Shown: positions 19,109 through 30,257 of the stretch, piece after piece
Numbering within the stretch: the first letter of the stretch is position 1
Layout of the letters: every line of letters starts with the position of its first letter
NCBI GenBank assembly: GCA_963677495.2
Contig: CAXXOU010000004.1
Location: 160,001 to 224,000, forward strand
Source: Candidatus Cloacimonadales bacterium
GTDB lineage: Bacteria; Cloacimonadota; Cloacimonadia; Cloacimonadales; JAFGVF01
DNA: 64,000 nt
Reading direction: 5' to 3'
Position numbers and translations under genes: made by a program
Notes under the pieces: generated by a model
The model's database searches: none
Told to the model about the DNA's origin: nothing
Seen by the model: only the letters and a program-made list of their open reading frames with translations

Positions 19109-21394
19109 CTAAAACTCGTACTCTATCCCAAGCACAGGGAGCATTCCCCAATTATATACAGTATCCTTCTCATTCTCAAATGGGTTCCAGTAGTATGAAC
19201 CTACATTCTGACGATTGTAAACATTCCAAACCGAGAGATAAGTAACTACTGAAGACTTGTTGAAGAAGAAACGCTTATCCACTCTTAAGTCCAATGAATG
19301 GTAGTCAGGATATCGTTCCCCATTTATCCTGTTTGTATCCAACACTCCTTGTCCTGCAGCAAGAGAAGCCTCTTCATCAAATGGCGTGTATGGAGCACCA
19401 CCTGACCATGTCCATTTTCCACTAAACTCCCAGCTGAAAGAGGGACGATATCCAAGTTGAACATTCGCAAAAAACCTGTTATCATAACTTCTATCGTACT
19501 CATTACCGGACAAGCTAGTGTACCTGCTTCTGAAATAAGTTCCACTAACCATACCATAGAAATCACCAATCATCTTCTTTTGTAATGAGAGTTCTATACC
19601 TTCTGATACAGCTTCTCCTTCAGCAACTAGGTTTGGATGAATACTATACAATCCGTTATCATAAAATGGTTCATCGAGAACAAACAATTCAGGTGTATCC
19701 GGATCAATTGGCATATTTTTATACTCTTTATGATAGACCTCCAAAGTTAATTTTAACGATGAAGTCAATATCTGTTCTAATCCGGCAATGTAGTGATCAG
19801 TTGTCATTAACGGATAATCTTCATTCTGTTGTACTAGTAACACTGAAGGTAGCTCTTGATTATATCTTCCAATCGCACCTTTAAGGTACGTGTTATCGAA
19901 GACCTGATATCTACTCATTACTCTGTATGAGCCGGCAAGCTCATCATTCGCTTGATAATAGTCACAACTGACGCTACCATTTATGCTCATTCTATCGAAT
20001 GTCTTCAAGTCATACTCAGCATAAGCACCTGCAATTAGATCCTTTCTTTGCTCTTTCACGCTTGCACTTGTCTCTATGTTTCCATATTGATCCAAACTTT
20101 CGCCATATGAGTTATCAATTTTATCCATATTCATCTGTAGGGATAAACCACCTGAAATTAAGTTCTTTGGATTGAACTGATGCATAAACTTGTTCTTAAT
20201 TGTGAACTTCTGTTGATGAGAGTTGTTCGCTACAAGGCTCAGTCCTGTAGCTGGTTCAAAGAACTCTTCATTATAATACATAGAGTTCCATGACATAATC
20301 AGTTCATGTGATGTTGTAGTTCCGAGCATTCTACGCCAGTTAGCACCTACAGTGTTCACATAAACATCCTGATCTCCATAGAAGAGCATATCTTCATCAT
20401 TTGCCTGCTCTCTTGTTGTATTAGAATGGTCATCTCCACTTACGAAAAGAAAAGACAATTTGTTGTTATTATCAATATCGAAGGCAAACTTACCTTGTAA
20501 ATCACCATACCATGGCACTGATGATGTCCCAAGATCCACCATTTCGGTTATCAAATCTAAATAGCTTCTTCTCAAAGCAACCATGAATGAACTTTTCTCT
20601 TTCTTAATTGGACCTTCAGCAATAAATCCATAACCAATAAAGTCCAAAGATGCCTGGAAGTCATACTTCTCATCATTACCGGTTCTAAAGGAAATATCTG
20701 AAACTGAGGAAAGCTTGTTATTAAATGCAGTACTAAATCCTCCGGAACTGAACTCTATGTTTTTTATGAAATCAACATTTAGTAAACCTATAGGTCCACC
20801 CGTTACCCCCTGACCGGGGAAATGACTAATATTTGGAATTGCTATACCATCAACGTAGAAACCATTCTCTATTGGATTTCCACCTCTTACTACTAAGTTA
20901 TTGTTTGAACCACCTGAACTTGAAACTGCAGGCAAAGCTGTAAGCATTCTGCTAATATCTCCGGCAGCACCCGGTGCGCGGCGAATCTCTTCATTATCAA
21001 GTCCAGTTGATGACACTTCATTATTTGATGGCTCAGTGAAATATTCCTGTTTTTTAGCCTTTACACCACTAATAACAAAAGCACGTCTTTTAAGTTTTAC
21101 ATCGAGCTGTAATGTCCTATTCGGTTTAACAATCTGGTTTACAATCACCTCTTTGTTAAAGCCAACTCTAAAGTAATCGAAAGTGTAAACACCCGGTTTA
21201 AGTTCATCGATCTTATAGTTACCATGTTCATCCGAGGAAACAGCGATTGTAGAATCAGATAAAACCACATTCACATGGGGAATTGGGAAACCGGTATCTG
21301 CGTCTGTGATAATCCCTTTCACAGAGCTATTCCACTCTCCGGCATTGAGGAGAGCTATCCCTATCAACATCAATAATAATATTACTTTTTTCAT
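19109..21394 (-). CDS. TonB-dependent receptor
   Basis: Signal peptide, carboxypeptidase-regulatory-like domain, plug (VRGG..EN..YVDGI), beta-barrel ending YEF. Confidence 0.9.
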   Translation of the reverse strand: MKKVILLLMLIGIALLNAGEWNSSVKGIITDADTGFPIPHVNVVLSDSTIAVSSDEHGNYKIDELKPGVYTFDYFRVGFNKEVIVNQIVKPNRTLQLDVKLKRRAFVISGVKAKKQEYFTEPSNNEVSSTGLDNEEIRRAPGAAGDISRMLTALPAVSSSGGSNNNLVVRGGNPIENGFYVDGIAIPNISHFPGQGVTGGPIGLLNVDFIKNIEFSSGGFSTAFNNKLSSVSDISFRTGNDEKYDFQASLDFIGYGFIAEGPIKKEKSSFMVALRRSYLDLITEMVDLGTSSVPWYGDLQGKFAFDIDNNNKLSFLFVSGDDHSNTTREQANDEDMLFYGDQDVYVNTVGANWRRMLGTTTSHELIMSWNSMYYNEEFFEPATGLSLVANNSHQQKFTIKNKFMHQFNPKNLISGGLSLQMNMDKIDNSYGESLDQYGNIETSASVKEQRKDLIAGAYAEYDLKTFDRMSINGSVSCDYYQANDELAGSYRVMSRYQVFDNTYLKGAIGRYNQELPSVLLVQQNEDYPLMTTDHYIAGLEQILTSSLKLTLEVYHKEYKNMPIDPDTPELFVLDEPFYDNGLYSIHPNLVAEGEAVSEGIELSLQKKMIGDFYGMVSGTYFRSRYTSLSGNEYDRSYDNRFFANVQLGYRPSFSWEFSGKWTWSGGAPYTPFDEEASLAAGQGVLDTNRINGERYPDYHSLDLRVDKRFFFNKSSVVTYLSVWNVYNRQNVGSYYWNPFENEKDTVYNWGMLPVLGIEYEF

Positions 21395-21467
21395 TCTCAC
21401 TCCTAATAAAGTACGTTGTTCGTTTAACGTTCGTTTTTAAATCCTAACTCATTTTTGTATTGATTAT

Positions 21468-22094
21468 TTAGCTTTGTTGCTTAACTTTCCAACCGATTAG
21501 ACCCTGCCAACCGGATGAAAAGAACTGGCTAATCTCACTGGCAACAGTCAGTATTGAGTCATCATCCACTTTGTTGTATAATGTGGATACGAGTAGAGAG
21601 ATTACCATACCGGAAAGCAGATAGATAGTATCTTCTTGAAACTCTATCTTAGGAAGTTTCATACGTGCTATACTACTCTCCAAATCCCTTTTCATAACCC
21701 CGGCATACCAGTTAGTAACATCCTGCAAAAATGCCTCGTGTGATGAGCCTTTTGCCTTATCAATTAGCAATATTAGCTCAGTACGATACTGTTTTATTGC
21801 ATTCAGCATGGTAAGTATCATCTGGTTATGATGGTCATCATTAGGATCATGATCTTCATCATCCACATGTTCAATAAAGGCTTTTTGTGCAGTTTTAAAC
21901 TTAAACATGAACTCTTCCAGCACTCCACAGAATATCTCATCTTTATTTTTAAAGTAGTTATAGATATTACTCGGTGCTGTATCTGCTCTTTTTGCAATCG
22001 AGCGTATTGCTGCATCCCTAAATCCTCTTTCAAGGAATTCAATCTTTGCATTCTCTAATATTGCTTTTCTTATAAACTCTTTTTTAAACTGCAC
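21468..22094 (-). CDS. TetR/AcrR family transcriptional regulator
   Basis: AILENAKIEF...GF...IRSIA..A...SNIYNYFKNKDEIF HTH. Confidence 0.9.
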   Translation of the reverse strand: MQFKKEFIRKAILENAKIEFLERGFRDAAIRSIAKRADTAPSNIYNYFKNKDEIFCGVLEEFMFKFKTAQKAFIEHVDDEDHDPNDDHHNQMILTMLNAIKQYRTELILLIDKAKGSSHEAFLQDVTNWYAGVMKRDLESSIARMKLPKIEFQEDTIYLLSGMVISLLVSTLYNKVDDDSILTVASEISQFFSSGWQGLIGWKVKQQS

Positions 22095-22231
22095 TTAACT
22101 TCCTTTAGCGAACTATGTTCTTATTTATTTGTATTGATGTTATTCTGTCAATAGGTATTTCATACAATTAATTCAGTTCAAAAAATTAACTCGCATCGTA
22201 ATACATTTAAGAATAGTATAGAAGTATTAAT

Positions 22232-22350
22232 CTGTCCGTTTAGGACAGAATGTGAATAGCCATGTGGCGTAAGTCCATGGTAATAAACCCAAAGAATTAT
22301 CAGCCCTATATGGGCTGTTTTACGTGTTGGCAATAGCCATTAACGGGCTT
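22232..22350. repeat. REP-like palindromic element (GCCCnnnnGGGC type)
   Basis: CTGTCCGTTTAGGACAGAATGTGAATAGCCATG..CCATGGTAATAA matches 28581-28633. Confidence 0.8.
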
Positions 22351-22425
22351 ATCGGGTTTGATAACTGCATATATACAAAAAAAAGGGATGCAAATCTGCA
22401 TCCCAATTTATCGTATTGTAATATA

Positions 22426-24516
22426 TTATTTAAGCATAACCATCTTACTACTCATTATTGTATCACCAACAGAGATAGTATAGAAGTAGGTTCCGCTGGC
22501 ACAGCTCTTAAGATTCTTATCTGTACCGTTCCAGTTTACTTCATAGATTCCTTTTCCTTGAACGTTAACTGTCAGTATCTTCACTAGCTCACCACGGATA
22601 TTGTAGATCTTCACAATAGCTGTTTCACCCATATTCTTGAATACTTCAAACTTGATTGTTGTTGATGGGTTGAATGGATTAGGGAAGTTACCTAAAAGCT
22701 TAGCATTAAGGTTAGGAGTTTCAACTGCTTGTTCATCTTCCTCATTTCCAACTTCTCCATCATCGATAAAATGAGTGAATTCACACATAACACCCCAAGC
22801 AATACTCAGGTCAATTATCTCTTCCATTAAATCTTCAGCAGCAGTTGAGTTTGGATTCAAAAGATAATATTCATAAATCATATGTTCAATCATCTGCTTA
22901 GCCCAAACTTTGGATAAGAAAGCGTAATCACTATTGTTCTCGCCACTAAGTGTGAAGTCATAATTATAGTTAACCTGTTGTCCGAAGGCTGTACCTTCCA
23001 AGTTTACAGTTATAAGACCGGGAGATGAATATCTTCCGGAAATAAGCATCTGATGTCCTGCATAGATAGATGGAAGAGGACTTGGATAGATACTTGAAAG
23101 CACATCTGGCTCAACTGTCACACTCGGATTGATAAGGATAGGGTTCTTAACTTTATTGTAGAAAGTAGTTATTACTTCTTCAAGCACATCATTACCTAAG
23201 AACTCTGGGAAGCCATTATTGTCTAAAGCAATCTGAGTAAGAAGAGTTGTATTGACACTGCTACCGATACCAAATGTAAACAGACAGATTTGATCTGAAA
23301 CCAAGTCTATCTCATCATTAATATGGTCGATTAGTGAATTAGTACTTGTAATTCCAACAGTTGCTTCTCCGTCAGTTAAGAAGATAATAATCTTAGCGTA
23401 TTCATTACCGGGATCATCAAATATTGGCACAGCAGTACTGAATGCTCCGCTTATGTTCGTGCCTCCGCCTGCATTAATATTATTGATAAAGCTTTGTGCA
23501 TTAGTAATATTGCTATCAGTAGCATCTTGCATACTGGTTCGCCAACTATTGGCAGAGCTGTTAAACTTAACGAGATTGAACTTATCACCATCATTGAAGT
23601 TGTTGATAATATAAGTTGCTGCATCCTTTGCCTGATCCATTTTGCTACCCGACATTGAACCACTATTATCAATAATCAGGGTAAACATCTTTGGAATAAC
23701 TAGTCCTTGATCGCTAGGGTCGGGTTCAGCAACAAAGAGGAAGAACCCATTATCATCTGTATCAGGCAGGTTATCCTGTGGTATCATTGTGCTCATACCA
23801 AACATACCAAGCTCATCAGCATTAAGCGTGTAAGTTATATCTGTATCGTTTGTAGTTGAAATCTCCTTTTCAAACCAGACGATTTCAACATAATGACTTT
23901 CCTGTGTCATCACTGGTTGACAAATACCGTCAACAATGTTTACAGATTCAATAGTTCTATCAGAAAAAAGTTCAATTATTATGGTTCCACTTGGGATTGG
24001 ATTGGAGTGGAACATAAAGGGGGAAGAGGGATAATGATAGCTAACACTACCCATCTCATAATGTAATAGATTCACGTACTCCAATTCAATTATAACAGTT
24101 TCACCGGCTTGTATCACAGTGTCTTCGAAGGGCATGATTAAAGGGTTTTCTCCGATATAATCATTTATATCATCCCCATATCCTGAGCCTTGTCCGGGAT
24201 TACCTGATTGTTCTCCACCTTGAAGGGTTGCTGACCAGGTTGAATCACCAATTGTGTAATATAAACGTACTGCGGATGCATCTAATGGCATACCAAAGGC
24301 ATAGACAGGATTGGTTGTAAAGAAAGTTGAATTTCGAAAGGTCTCTCTAACTACAGTAACTGCGGCTTGATTTTCAATTCTAACATCCACTTCATATTCA
24401 TCCAGCGCAAAGAGTTGCGTGGTGTCATCAGAAAAGAACATCATGCCTAAACTAAACATGGGTAGTGTGATTAACATCATCAGGATCACTAATGCAAACT
24501 TAACAGACAATTTCAT
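22426..24516 (-). CDS. Secreted VIT + vWA domain protein with FlgD/T9SS-like CTD
   Basis: VIT domain, MIDAS DNSGSM, GGGTNI, FLTDG, NFPNPFNP CTD. Confidence 0.88.
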   Translation of the reverse strand: MKLSVKFALVILMMLITLPMFSLGMMFFSDDTTQLFALDEYEVDVRIENQAAVTVVRETFRNSTFFTTNPVYAFGMPLDASAVRLYYTIGDSTWSATLQGGEQSGNPGQGSGYGDDINDYIGENPLIMPFEDTVIQAGETVIIELEYVNLLHYEMGSVSYHYPSSPFMFHSNPIPSGTIIIELFSDRTIESVNIVDGICQPVMTQESHYVEIVWFEKEISTTNDTDITYTLNADELGMFGMSTMIPQDNLPDTDDNGFFLFVAEPDPSDQGLVIPKMFTLIIDNSGSMSGSKMDQAKDAATYIINNFNDGDKFNLVKFNSSANSWRTSMQDATDSNITNAQSFINNINAGGGTNISGAFSTAVPIFDDPGNEYAKIIIFLTDGEATVGITSTNSLIDHINDEIDLVSDQICLFTFGIGSSVNTTLLTQIALDNNGFPEFLGNDVLEEVITTFYNKVKNPILINPSVTVEPDVLSSIYPSPLPSIYAGHQMLISGRYSSPGLITVNLEGTAFGQQVNYNYDFTLSGENNSDYAFLSKVWAKQMIEHMIYEYYLLNPNSTAAEDLMEEIIDLSIAWGVMCEFTHFIDDGEVGNEEDEQAVETPNLNAKLLGNFPNPFNPSTTIKFEVFKNMGETAIVKIYNIRGELVKILTVNVQGKGIYEVNWNGTDKNLKSCASGTYFYTISVGDTIMSSKMVMLK

Positions 24517-24635
24517 AATTAACCTCCATAGTTAATGTTAGAACTTTAATAATCAATGCATTTTCTATTCCATTCTCTGCTATGACAAACTTCGATTAGG
24601 GTATGATGACTATAAATTAGAATTCGAAGACTATA

Positions 24636-24890
24636 CCTTCTTAATGGTCGAAGACCTTGCAAATGGTACACTTCTGAGGAACCAATCGCATTTCAGGGAG
24701 TTTGTCTGATGCATAGCTTGCGTAGCAGTCACCAGTACGACTGATAAGGAGTTTGGGGAAATGCGTACTTCGTAGTAATGTTATTGAGTTATGAAGTGCA
24801 CCAACTGCGTGGTATATCTTGTCACGATACTATATTTTATCTTATTTCGCTATGAGTCCAACTCCCATTCGGTCGTTTTGACTCCAGATA
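24636..24890. repeat. Mosaic of dispersed repeat modules (inverted copy of 4943-4966, inverted M1, M2)
   Basis: CCTTCTTAATGGTCGAAGACCTT is near-revcomp of AAGGTCTATCGACCATTACGAAGG; GCATTTCAGGGAGTTTGTC shared with 4367; M1 at 24724, M2 at 24789. Confidence 0.75.
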
Positions 24891-24907
24891 ACAATTTTCC
24901 ACTAACA

Positions 24908-25108
24908 ATTTTCCCAAATTTTCCCAAATTTGTCCAATTTTGCCCTGCTTCATCCCTTCTAGTTCCGTGACTAAAAAAGGTGTTTCAAAGGTCTCCCACA
25001 GGTGACCCTCTCGTGACCCTCTCGTTGAATGCCTCGATTTATCCACATCGTGTGGATAACTAGGATATTTATGGAAAACTTGTCGTAGGCACGGGAGTAG
25101 CAGGGGTG
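24908..25108. repeat. ~200-bp dispersed element with terminal inverted repeats and inverted DnaA-box pair (copy 1)
   Basis: Aligns with 52509-52700; TTATCCACA-tcg-TGTGGATAA at 25039-25059. Confidence 0.85.
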
Positions 25109-25392
25109 CAGTAGGTTCATTTCCGTCTCTATTGAGTTCTTCTGAAACGAGAGAAATTTGAGAAAAACTTCTGAAAAAGCTGTGGATAAACCGGGGGTAG
25201 AAGGGAAAGTATTGACGTGGTAAAGAATATTAGAAGATTAGCTAAATTATTTTCCGGAGTAGAAGTGTGCATTTCTACAATGAGTAAGCATAGAGATTCC
25301 TTGCTATAAAAATAAATCTTTTGACATAAAAATCAAACTACTATATATTTGACATGTAGTTCTGAGATTTAACTATTCCTAAGGGAGGAATT

Positions 25393-26928
25393 ATGAAAAA
25401 GTTATTCTTTGTAGCACTATTACTTACAGTTATTGTCATGTCACAACTAAATGCTGAAATACAGTACAGTATCTCAGAACCGCAATCGCTCAATATACCA
25501 TATCCATTTGATGAGATCATCTACGACAGTACAAGGGACACTTTAGTTCATTTCTATGATAATGCATCATTGGATGGGACTTACAATCTCTATCACTTTA
25601 GTATGAATGCTAATTTGCAGTTCTCAGAAAGAACAACAGTAGTATCTCACCCTATTGGTGATTTGGACTTTGATGAATTACATCTTGTTAGAATGGATAA
25701 CTCTGATTCTTTTCACTATTATGCCTTTGATGATAATCGAGATGTAAGGTTTCTGACAAAAATTGATAACTTTAATCAGGTAACTTACACATTAGATACT
25801 ACAACACTAAGTATGGAGTTCGATTATTATACTTCAGTTTGTGACTCTCTTCTACTTCTACAGAAGCAATATCTTTCTGATGAATGGGTCGATAGATATT
25901 CAGATTTTTACATATACAATCTTAATGCAATGGAATTAATTCTTTTTAAAGCTGATTGTGAATATTATGAGGAGCATTTCAAAATTGGGACTGAATGGCT
26001 GTTTAGAAGTCCCTACAATGATATGAGGTATCACTATGATAACTCCTTAACCTTCGTAGATTCGCTACAACTAGATGAGACAGCTTTAGTTAGTGATCTA
26101 TGGCTCTATGAAGCTAATAATGGCTGGTCAGATAGTTTTGGAAATGGGTTTCTTTATGCTTACGATGACGGAGTCCTTCCTATGCGATACAATCATAACA
26201 CTTATTTTGAGTTCCGACCTGGTGAATTGTTGATTGAGGATACTGGTTGGTATGATTCACGGACTATAAAAAAAGTTTCTGAGAATCGAATTATTGGTGC
26301 TAGAGAATCTTATGAGATGGGACCACTTGATGTATTGGGATCTGTTGAGTTGGATGAAACAGGTTGGCATGGAATTGGACCTGTATCCATTGATTGCGAA
26401 TATAGAGGTTGCTTCTCTTCCCAAGGTCATTACTTGCTGTTTGGTAATAACGGTGTATCTAACAAATTGGTTGTCTATGATGAGGACTTGAATATTGTTC
26501 ATCAGGTTGATCCATTTAATATTGCGAATACATACTATCCAATGGATACATACTTCAATATGTTGTTCTTCAGAGAGTACAACTCAAACTCAATATTCTA
26601 TAGTGTTTTCGATGTGATAGTCCCAAACTCAGATAATGTGAATCCTGTTTTAATGGGTATTACGACTTCAAACTACCCAAACCCATTCAACCCAACAACG
26701 ACGATTGAATACTCAGTTCCTGAGAAAGGTAATGTTAGAATTGATATATATAACATCTTAGGACAAAGAGTTAATAGCTTAGTCAACTCAGAGCATTCAA
26801 AGGGAACGCATACTATCCAGTGGGATGGAAAGGATAGTGATAATAATACACTTTCAAGTGGGATATATTTCTATAAGGTATCTCAGAATGGGAAGAGTGT
26901 TACTAAGAAGATTGTGATGATGAAATAA
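25393..26928 (+). CDS. Secreted protein with FlgD/T9SS-like CTD (paralog A1)
   Basis: Signal peptide; NYPNPFNPTTTIEYSVP...KKIVMMK CTD. Confidence 0.8.
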   Translation: MKKLFFVALLLTVIVMSQLNAEIQYSISEPQSLNIPYPFDEIIYDSTRDTLVHFYDNASLDGTYNLYHFSMNANLQFSERTTVVSHPIGDLDFDELHLVRMDNSDSFHYYAFDDNRDVRFLTKIDNFNQVTYTLDTTTLSMEFDYYTSVCDSLLLLQKQYLSDEWVDRYSDFYIYNLNAMELILFKADCEYYEEHFKIGTEWLFRSPYNDMRYHYDNSLTFVDSLQLDETALVSDLWLYEANNGWSDSFGNGFLYAYDDGVLPMRYNHNTYFEFRPGELLIEDTGWYDSRTIKKVSENRIIGARESYEMGPLDVLGSVELDETGWHGIGPVSIDCEYRGCFSSQGHYLLFGNNGVSNKLVVYDEDLNIVHQVDPFNIANTYYPMDTYFNMLFFREYNSNSIFYSVFDVIVPNSDNVNPVLMGITTSNYPNPFNPTTTIEYSVPEKGNVRIDIYNILGQRVNSLVNSEHSKGTHTIQWDGKDSDNNTLSSGIYFYKVSQNGKSVTKKIVMMK

Positions 26929-26937
26929 GGAGATTCT

Positions 26938-28458
26938 ATGAAAAAGATTGTAGTTGTTGTACTAACAATATTGTATTGTTTAACCATATCACTTTATGCT
27001 GAATTAAATGTAATGATTTCAGAACAGAATGAAATAACCCCTCCATTTGATTTCAGGCATTTTTTTTGTGAGGGAGAGGAGAGTATTCACTTTTATAACA
27101 ATATTATCGAAAATGGTCATATGAATCTGTATCATTTCACGCTAAACAGCGACTTCTCTTATTCTTCTCAAACTTTGCTGGAATCTATAAATATACAGGG
27201 CACCTTTATTGATAATATAAAGATGTATAGACTTCATAACTCAGACTGCATCCATATTGCATATGAAGATGATGATGATAGAATTCAAAGAATGTCAATG
27301 CTGTCAGATTTTGACCAGATATCAGGTTCTGTAGATTTGGCAACATCAGTAAACCAGATAAATAGCTACTTGTCTGTTTCCGATTCAGTTTTTGTTTACC
27401 AAAGAAACAATTACGGTAATTCATCGTCTCAATACTATAAGCATAATTTACTTACAGATAATTACGAAATGTTCACTAGTAGAACCAATAATTATCATAT
27501 AGAAAGAATGTGGAATCTATTTGCCATACCAAGAAGTGAAGAGAATTCCAGCTTTCAAGGATACTGTCTATACAATGAGCAAGTTGAACTGATTAATACA
27601 GTTGAATTGGCAACTCCCAGTCAAGAATTTACATATCTTTTCTACTCGGAACGAGAGCATGAAGATATTCCTTTCGGAAATGGATTCGTTACATCATATT
27701 ACACATTTGGAGATAATCCTAATTGTCCTGCTATATATGTAGAACTCATAAATAATGAGCTCATTGTAAATGAGATAAATCAAGGGATATATTATACTAA
27801 AGCTGTTGGAAGTGGAGCATTATACTCCCTGTATTATGATTGGGGAGGGGATAATCTGTTACATTGTATTCGCTCTCAATACGATGGTGAGAGCTGGACT
27901 AATATTGATATCGGAACTTGCTTAAGCAATAAAGAACCTTTAGTAATTGATGATCTGGTTATCTATACCTATTCCTACGGTGGGAATGATGTTACCTTTA
28001 CCATCTTTGATGATGATGAAATTGGTGATATAGAGACATGTACTCTTTCCGGAGGATTAGGCTACTATCCGACATATATGTTTGGTAAAATTTTCTGTTT
28101 TGCTCCCGGTAATTCAAGTAATGTTTCTTACTTTAATTTCGGATATACTTATCCAAATTCTGATGACTCAAATCCTGCTCTTAATACAATAGTTTCTTCT
28201 AACTATCCCAATCCATTCAATCCAACTACAACAATAGAGTATTCAGTTCCTGAAACTGGGAACGTAAGTATTGACATATATAACATCTTAGGGCAGAGAG
28301 TTGATACATTAATAAACTCAGAGCATTCAAAGGGCACGCATACTATCCAATGGGATGGCGTTGATGATAACCAAAACGCACTCTCAAGTGGGATATATTT
28401 CTATAAGGTTTCCCAGAATGGGAAGAGTGTAACTAAGAAGATAGTGATGATGAAATAG
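26938..28458 (+). CDS. Secreted protein with FlgD/T9SS-like CTD (paralog B1)
   Basis: Signal peptide; same CTD. Confidence 0.8.
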   Translation: MKKIVVVVLTILYCLTISLYAELNVMISEQNEITPPFDFRHFFCEGEESIHFYNNIIENGHMNLYHFTLNSDFSYSSQTLLESINIQGTFIDNIKMYRLHNSDCIHIAYEDDDDRIQRMSMLSDFDQISGSVDLATSVNQINSYLSVSDSVFVYQRNNYGNSSSQYYKHNLLTDNYEMFTSRTNNYHIERMWNLFAIPRSEENSSFQGYCLYNEQVELINTVELATPSQEFTYLFYSEREHEDIPFGNGFVTSYYTFGDNPNCPAIYVELINNELIVNEINQGIYYTKAVGSGALYSLYYDWGGDNLLHCIRSQYDGESWTNIDIGTCLSNKEPLVIDDLVIYTYSYGGNDVTFTIFDDDEIGDIETCTLSGGLGYYPTYMFGKIFCFAPGNSSNVSYFNFGYTYPNSDDSNPALNTIVSSNYPNPFNPTTTIEYSVPETGNVSIDIYNILGQRVDTLINSEHSKGTHTIQWDGVDDNQNALSSGIYFYKVSQNGKSVTKKIVMMK

Positions 28459-28464
28459 GTAATT

Positions 28465-28663
28465 CAGCCCTTAACGGGCTGTGTGACTTGTGGTGGATTT
28501 CACCCTAGGTCATTCAACCTAGGGCTATTCACATTTAGCCCTTAACGGGCTATTATGCGGAATTGTATTGATTTTATTCCCTGTCCGTTAAGGACAGAAT
28601 GTGAATAGCCATGGGCGTGAGCCATGGTAATAATTAATTGAACAAACAGCCCGTTTAGGGCTG
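28465..28663. repeat. Inverted REP-like doublet at the duplication junction
   Basis: Four GCCC/GGGC or GTCC/GGAC hairpins; ATGTGAATAGCC present in both orientations; homologous to 22232-22350. Confidence 0.8.
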
Positions 28664-28703
28664 AATGTTTGAGCGGAAAGATTTAATTGCGATGGGAGGA
28701 ATT

Positions 28704-30248
28704 ATGAAAAAGTTTGGACTGATTACACTATTACTTACAATTACTGTTATGGTACAACTTACTGCAGAAATACAGTATGATATCTCAGATGCTATTACTT
28801 TCGATACACCATATCCATTTGATGATATAATCTATAATTGCGATAGGGATTCTCTGGTTCATTTCTATTCTTGGGAAACTAATGACTCAGTTTCTTCATT
28901 ATTTCACTTTAGTATGAATAGCAACTTTGAGTTCTCTAACAGAACACTTGTACTGTCAGAGACTCTTACAGCTTCTGAGAATCATCATTTTGATCTGCTG
29001 CGATTAGATAATTCAGATGTGGTATATGTCTCTTCAATGGAGTATTATGATATCAAATCTATTAGTAAGGTTACTAATTTTAATCAAGTGATTTCAACTT
29101 TAGATATATCAACTCTACCGGATGATATGGGTGAACAGATATATTCTCAATATGTTTACAATGATTCACTACTTGTGTTTCAAAACATTGTTTGGGGAGA
29201 AGGAGACAATCATGCAGATTTTTATAAATACAATATTGATACCAATGAGCTTTCTATATTTGACTCTGTTGATATAAATGAAGCGATCTATATCTTATTA
29301 GATGATTATCTTGTTAGGTTCAACAATAATTTTGGTTTAGATACATGTTATGTTTATGATAATCAGTTAAATTACATTGGAGCAAGACAAATTTACTGTG
29401 AGAACTTCTATGATGATTTTGGTATGATTGAATGCAAAGTAACCAGCTTTATCGATGGATACTTGCTTAAATCATTAGACGGTCCACTTCCTGATCCTAA
29501 CAGAAATTGGTTCTATCTTACCATAACAGATGATTCAGTAGAGTTACAGTACATAAACTCTTATTATGTAGAAATTGAGAAACCACTAATTATCGGATCG
29601 GCACTCTATGGAATCAATTGTCCTTGGATGTCTGTTAGAGATATGTATGAAGATACTTTGGATAAAACCGTTTTTGATGGCAATAATTGGAATTTTGAAG
29701 TTAACACTCCCATAAGCAGTTACCCTTATGATGTTTTTGAGCAATCAGGTTATATTGTCAAACCTGAGATATTTACTAATGAAAATCATGGCTTTAAGGT
29801 TTATAACTCAAATCTGGAAGAGGTTTATATGAAAGATTTATATGATTTTGCTACCTTAGATTTCAGGTCAATGTTCGAGAAAATCTTCATCGTGGATACT
29901 GAGAATAATTCTCTCAGCTATGTAACTCTTTCTGTAGTATCACCAAATAGTGACGAGTTAAATCCTTCTATTAATGCAATAATATCTTCTAATTACCCTA
30001 ATCCATTCAACCCAACAACAACAATAGAATACTCTGTTCCTGTGAAAGGAAACGTAAGTATTGATATATATAACATCTTAGGTCAAAGAGTAGATACAAT
30101 AGTCAACTCTGAACATGTAAAAGGCAAACATACTATCCAATGGGATGGGAAAGACAGCGATAATAATGCACTCCCAAGTGGTATATATTTCTATAAGGTA
30201 TCGCAGAATGGGAAGAGTGTTACCAAGAAGATTGTGATGATGAAATAG
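28704..30248 (+). CDS. Secreted protein with FlgD/T9SS-like CTD (paralog A2)
   Basis: GGGAGGAATTATGAAAAAG start identical to A1; AEIQY..PYPFD..LVHFY homology; same CTD. Confidence 0.8.
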   Translation: MKKFGLITLLLTITVMVQLTAEIQYDISDAITFDTPYPFDDIIYNCDRDSLVHFYSWETNDSVSSLFHFSMNSNFEFSNRTLVLSETLTASENHHFDLLRLDNSDVVYVSSMEYYDIKSISKVTNFNQVISTLDISTLPDDMGEQIYSQYVYNDSLLVFQNIVWGEGDNHADFYKYNIDTNELSIFDSVDINEAIYILLDDYLVRFNNNFGLDTCYVYDNQLNYIGARQIYCENFYDDFGMIECKVTSFIDGYLLKSLDGPLPDPNRNWFYLTITDDSVELQYINSYYVEIEKPLIIGSALYGINCPWMSVRDMYEDTLDKTVFDGNNWNFEVNTPISSYPYDVFEQSGYIVKPEIFTNENHGFKVYNSNLEEVYMKDLYDFATLDFRSMFEKIFIVDTENNSLSYVTLSVVSPNSDELNPSINAIISSNYPNPFNPTTTIEYSVPVKGNVSIDIYNILGQRVDTIVNSEHVKGKHTIQWDGKDSDNNALPSGIYFYKVSQNGKSVTKKIVMMK

Positions 30249-30257
30249 GGAGATTTT

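Noticed and set aside
21410..22125. TetR operator (GAAC-N3-GTTC at 22110 and similar near 21412)
   Set aside because: Plausible, but too short and degenerate to support without homolog comparison
24837..25046. Short minus-strand ORFs over the 200-bp repeat (also 52482-52703)
   Set aside because: Reading frames, starts and stops are not conserved between the two copies; likely incidental
25039..25189. oriC because of three DnaA boxes
   Set aside because: The box pair is part of a dispersed repeat, there is no dnaA/dnaN/gidA context and no evident DUE; cannot be supported as the origin
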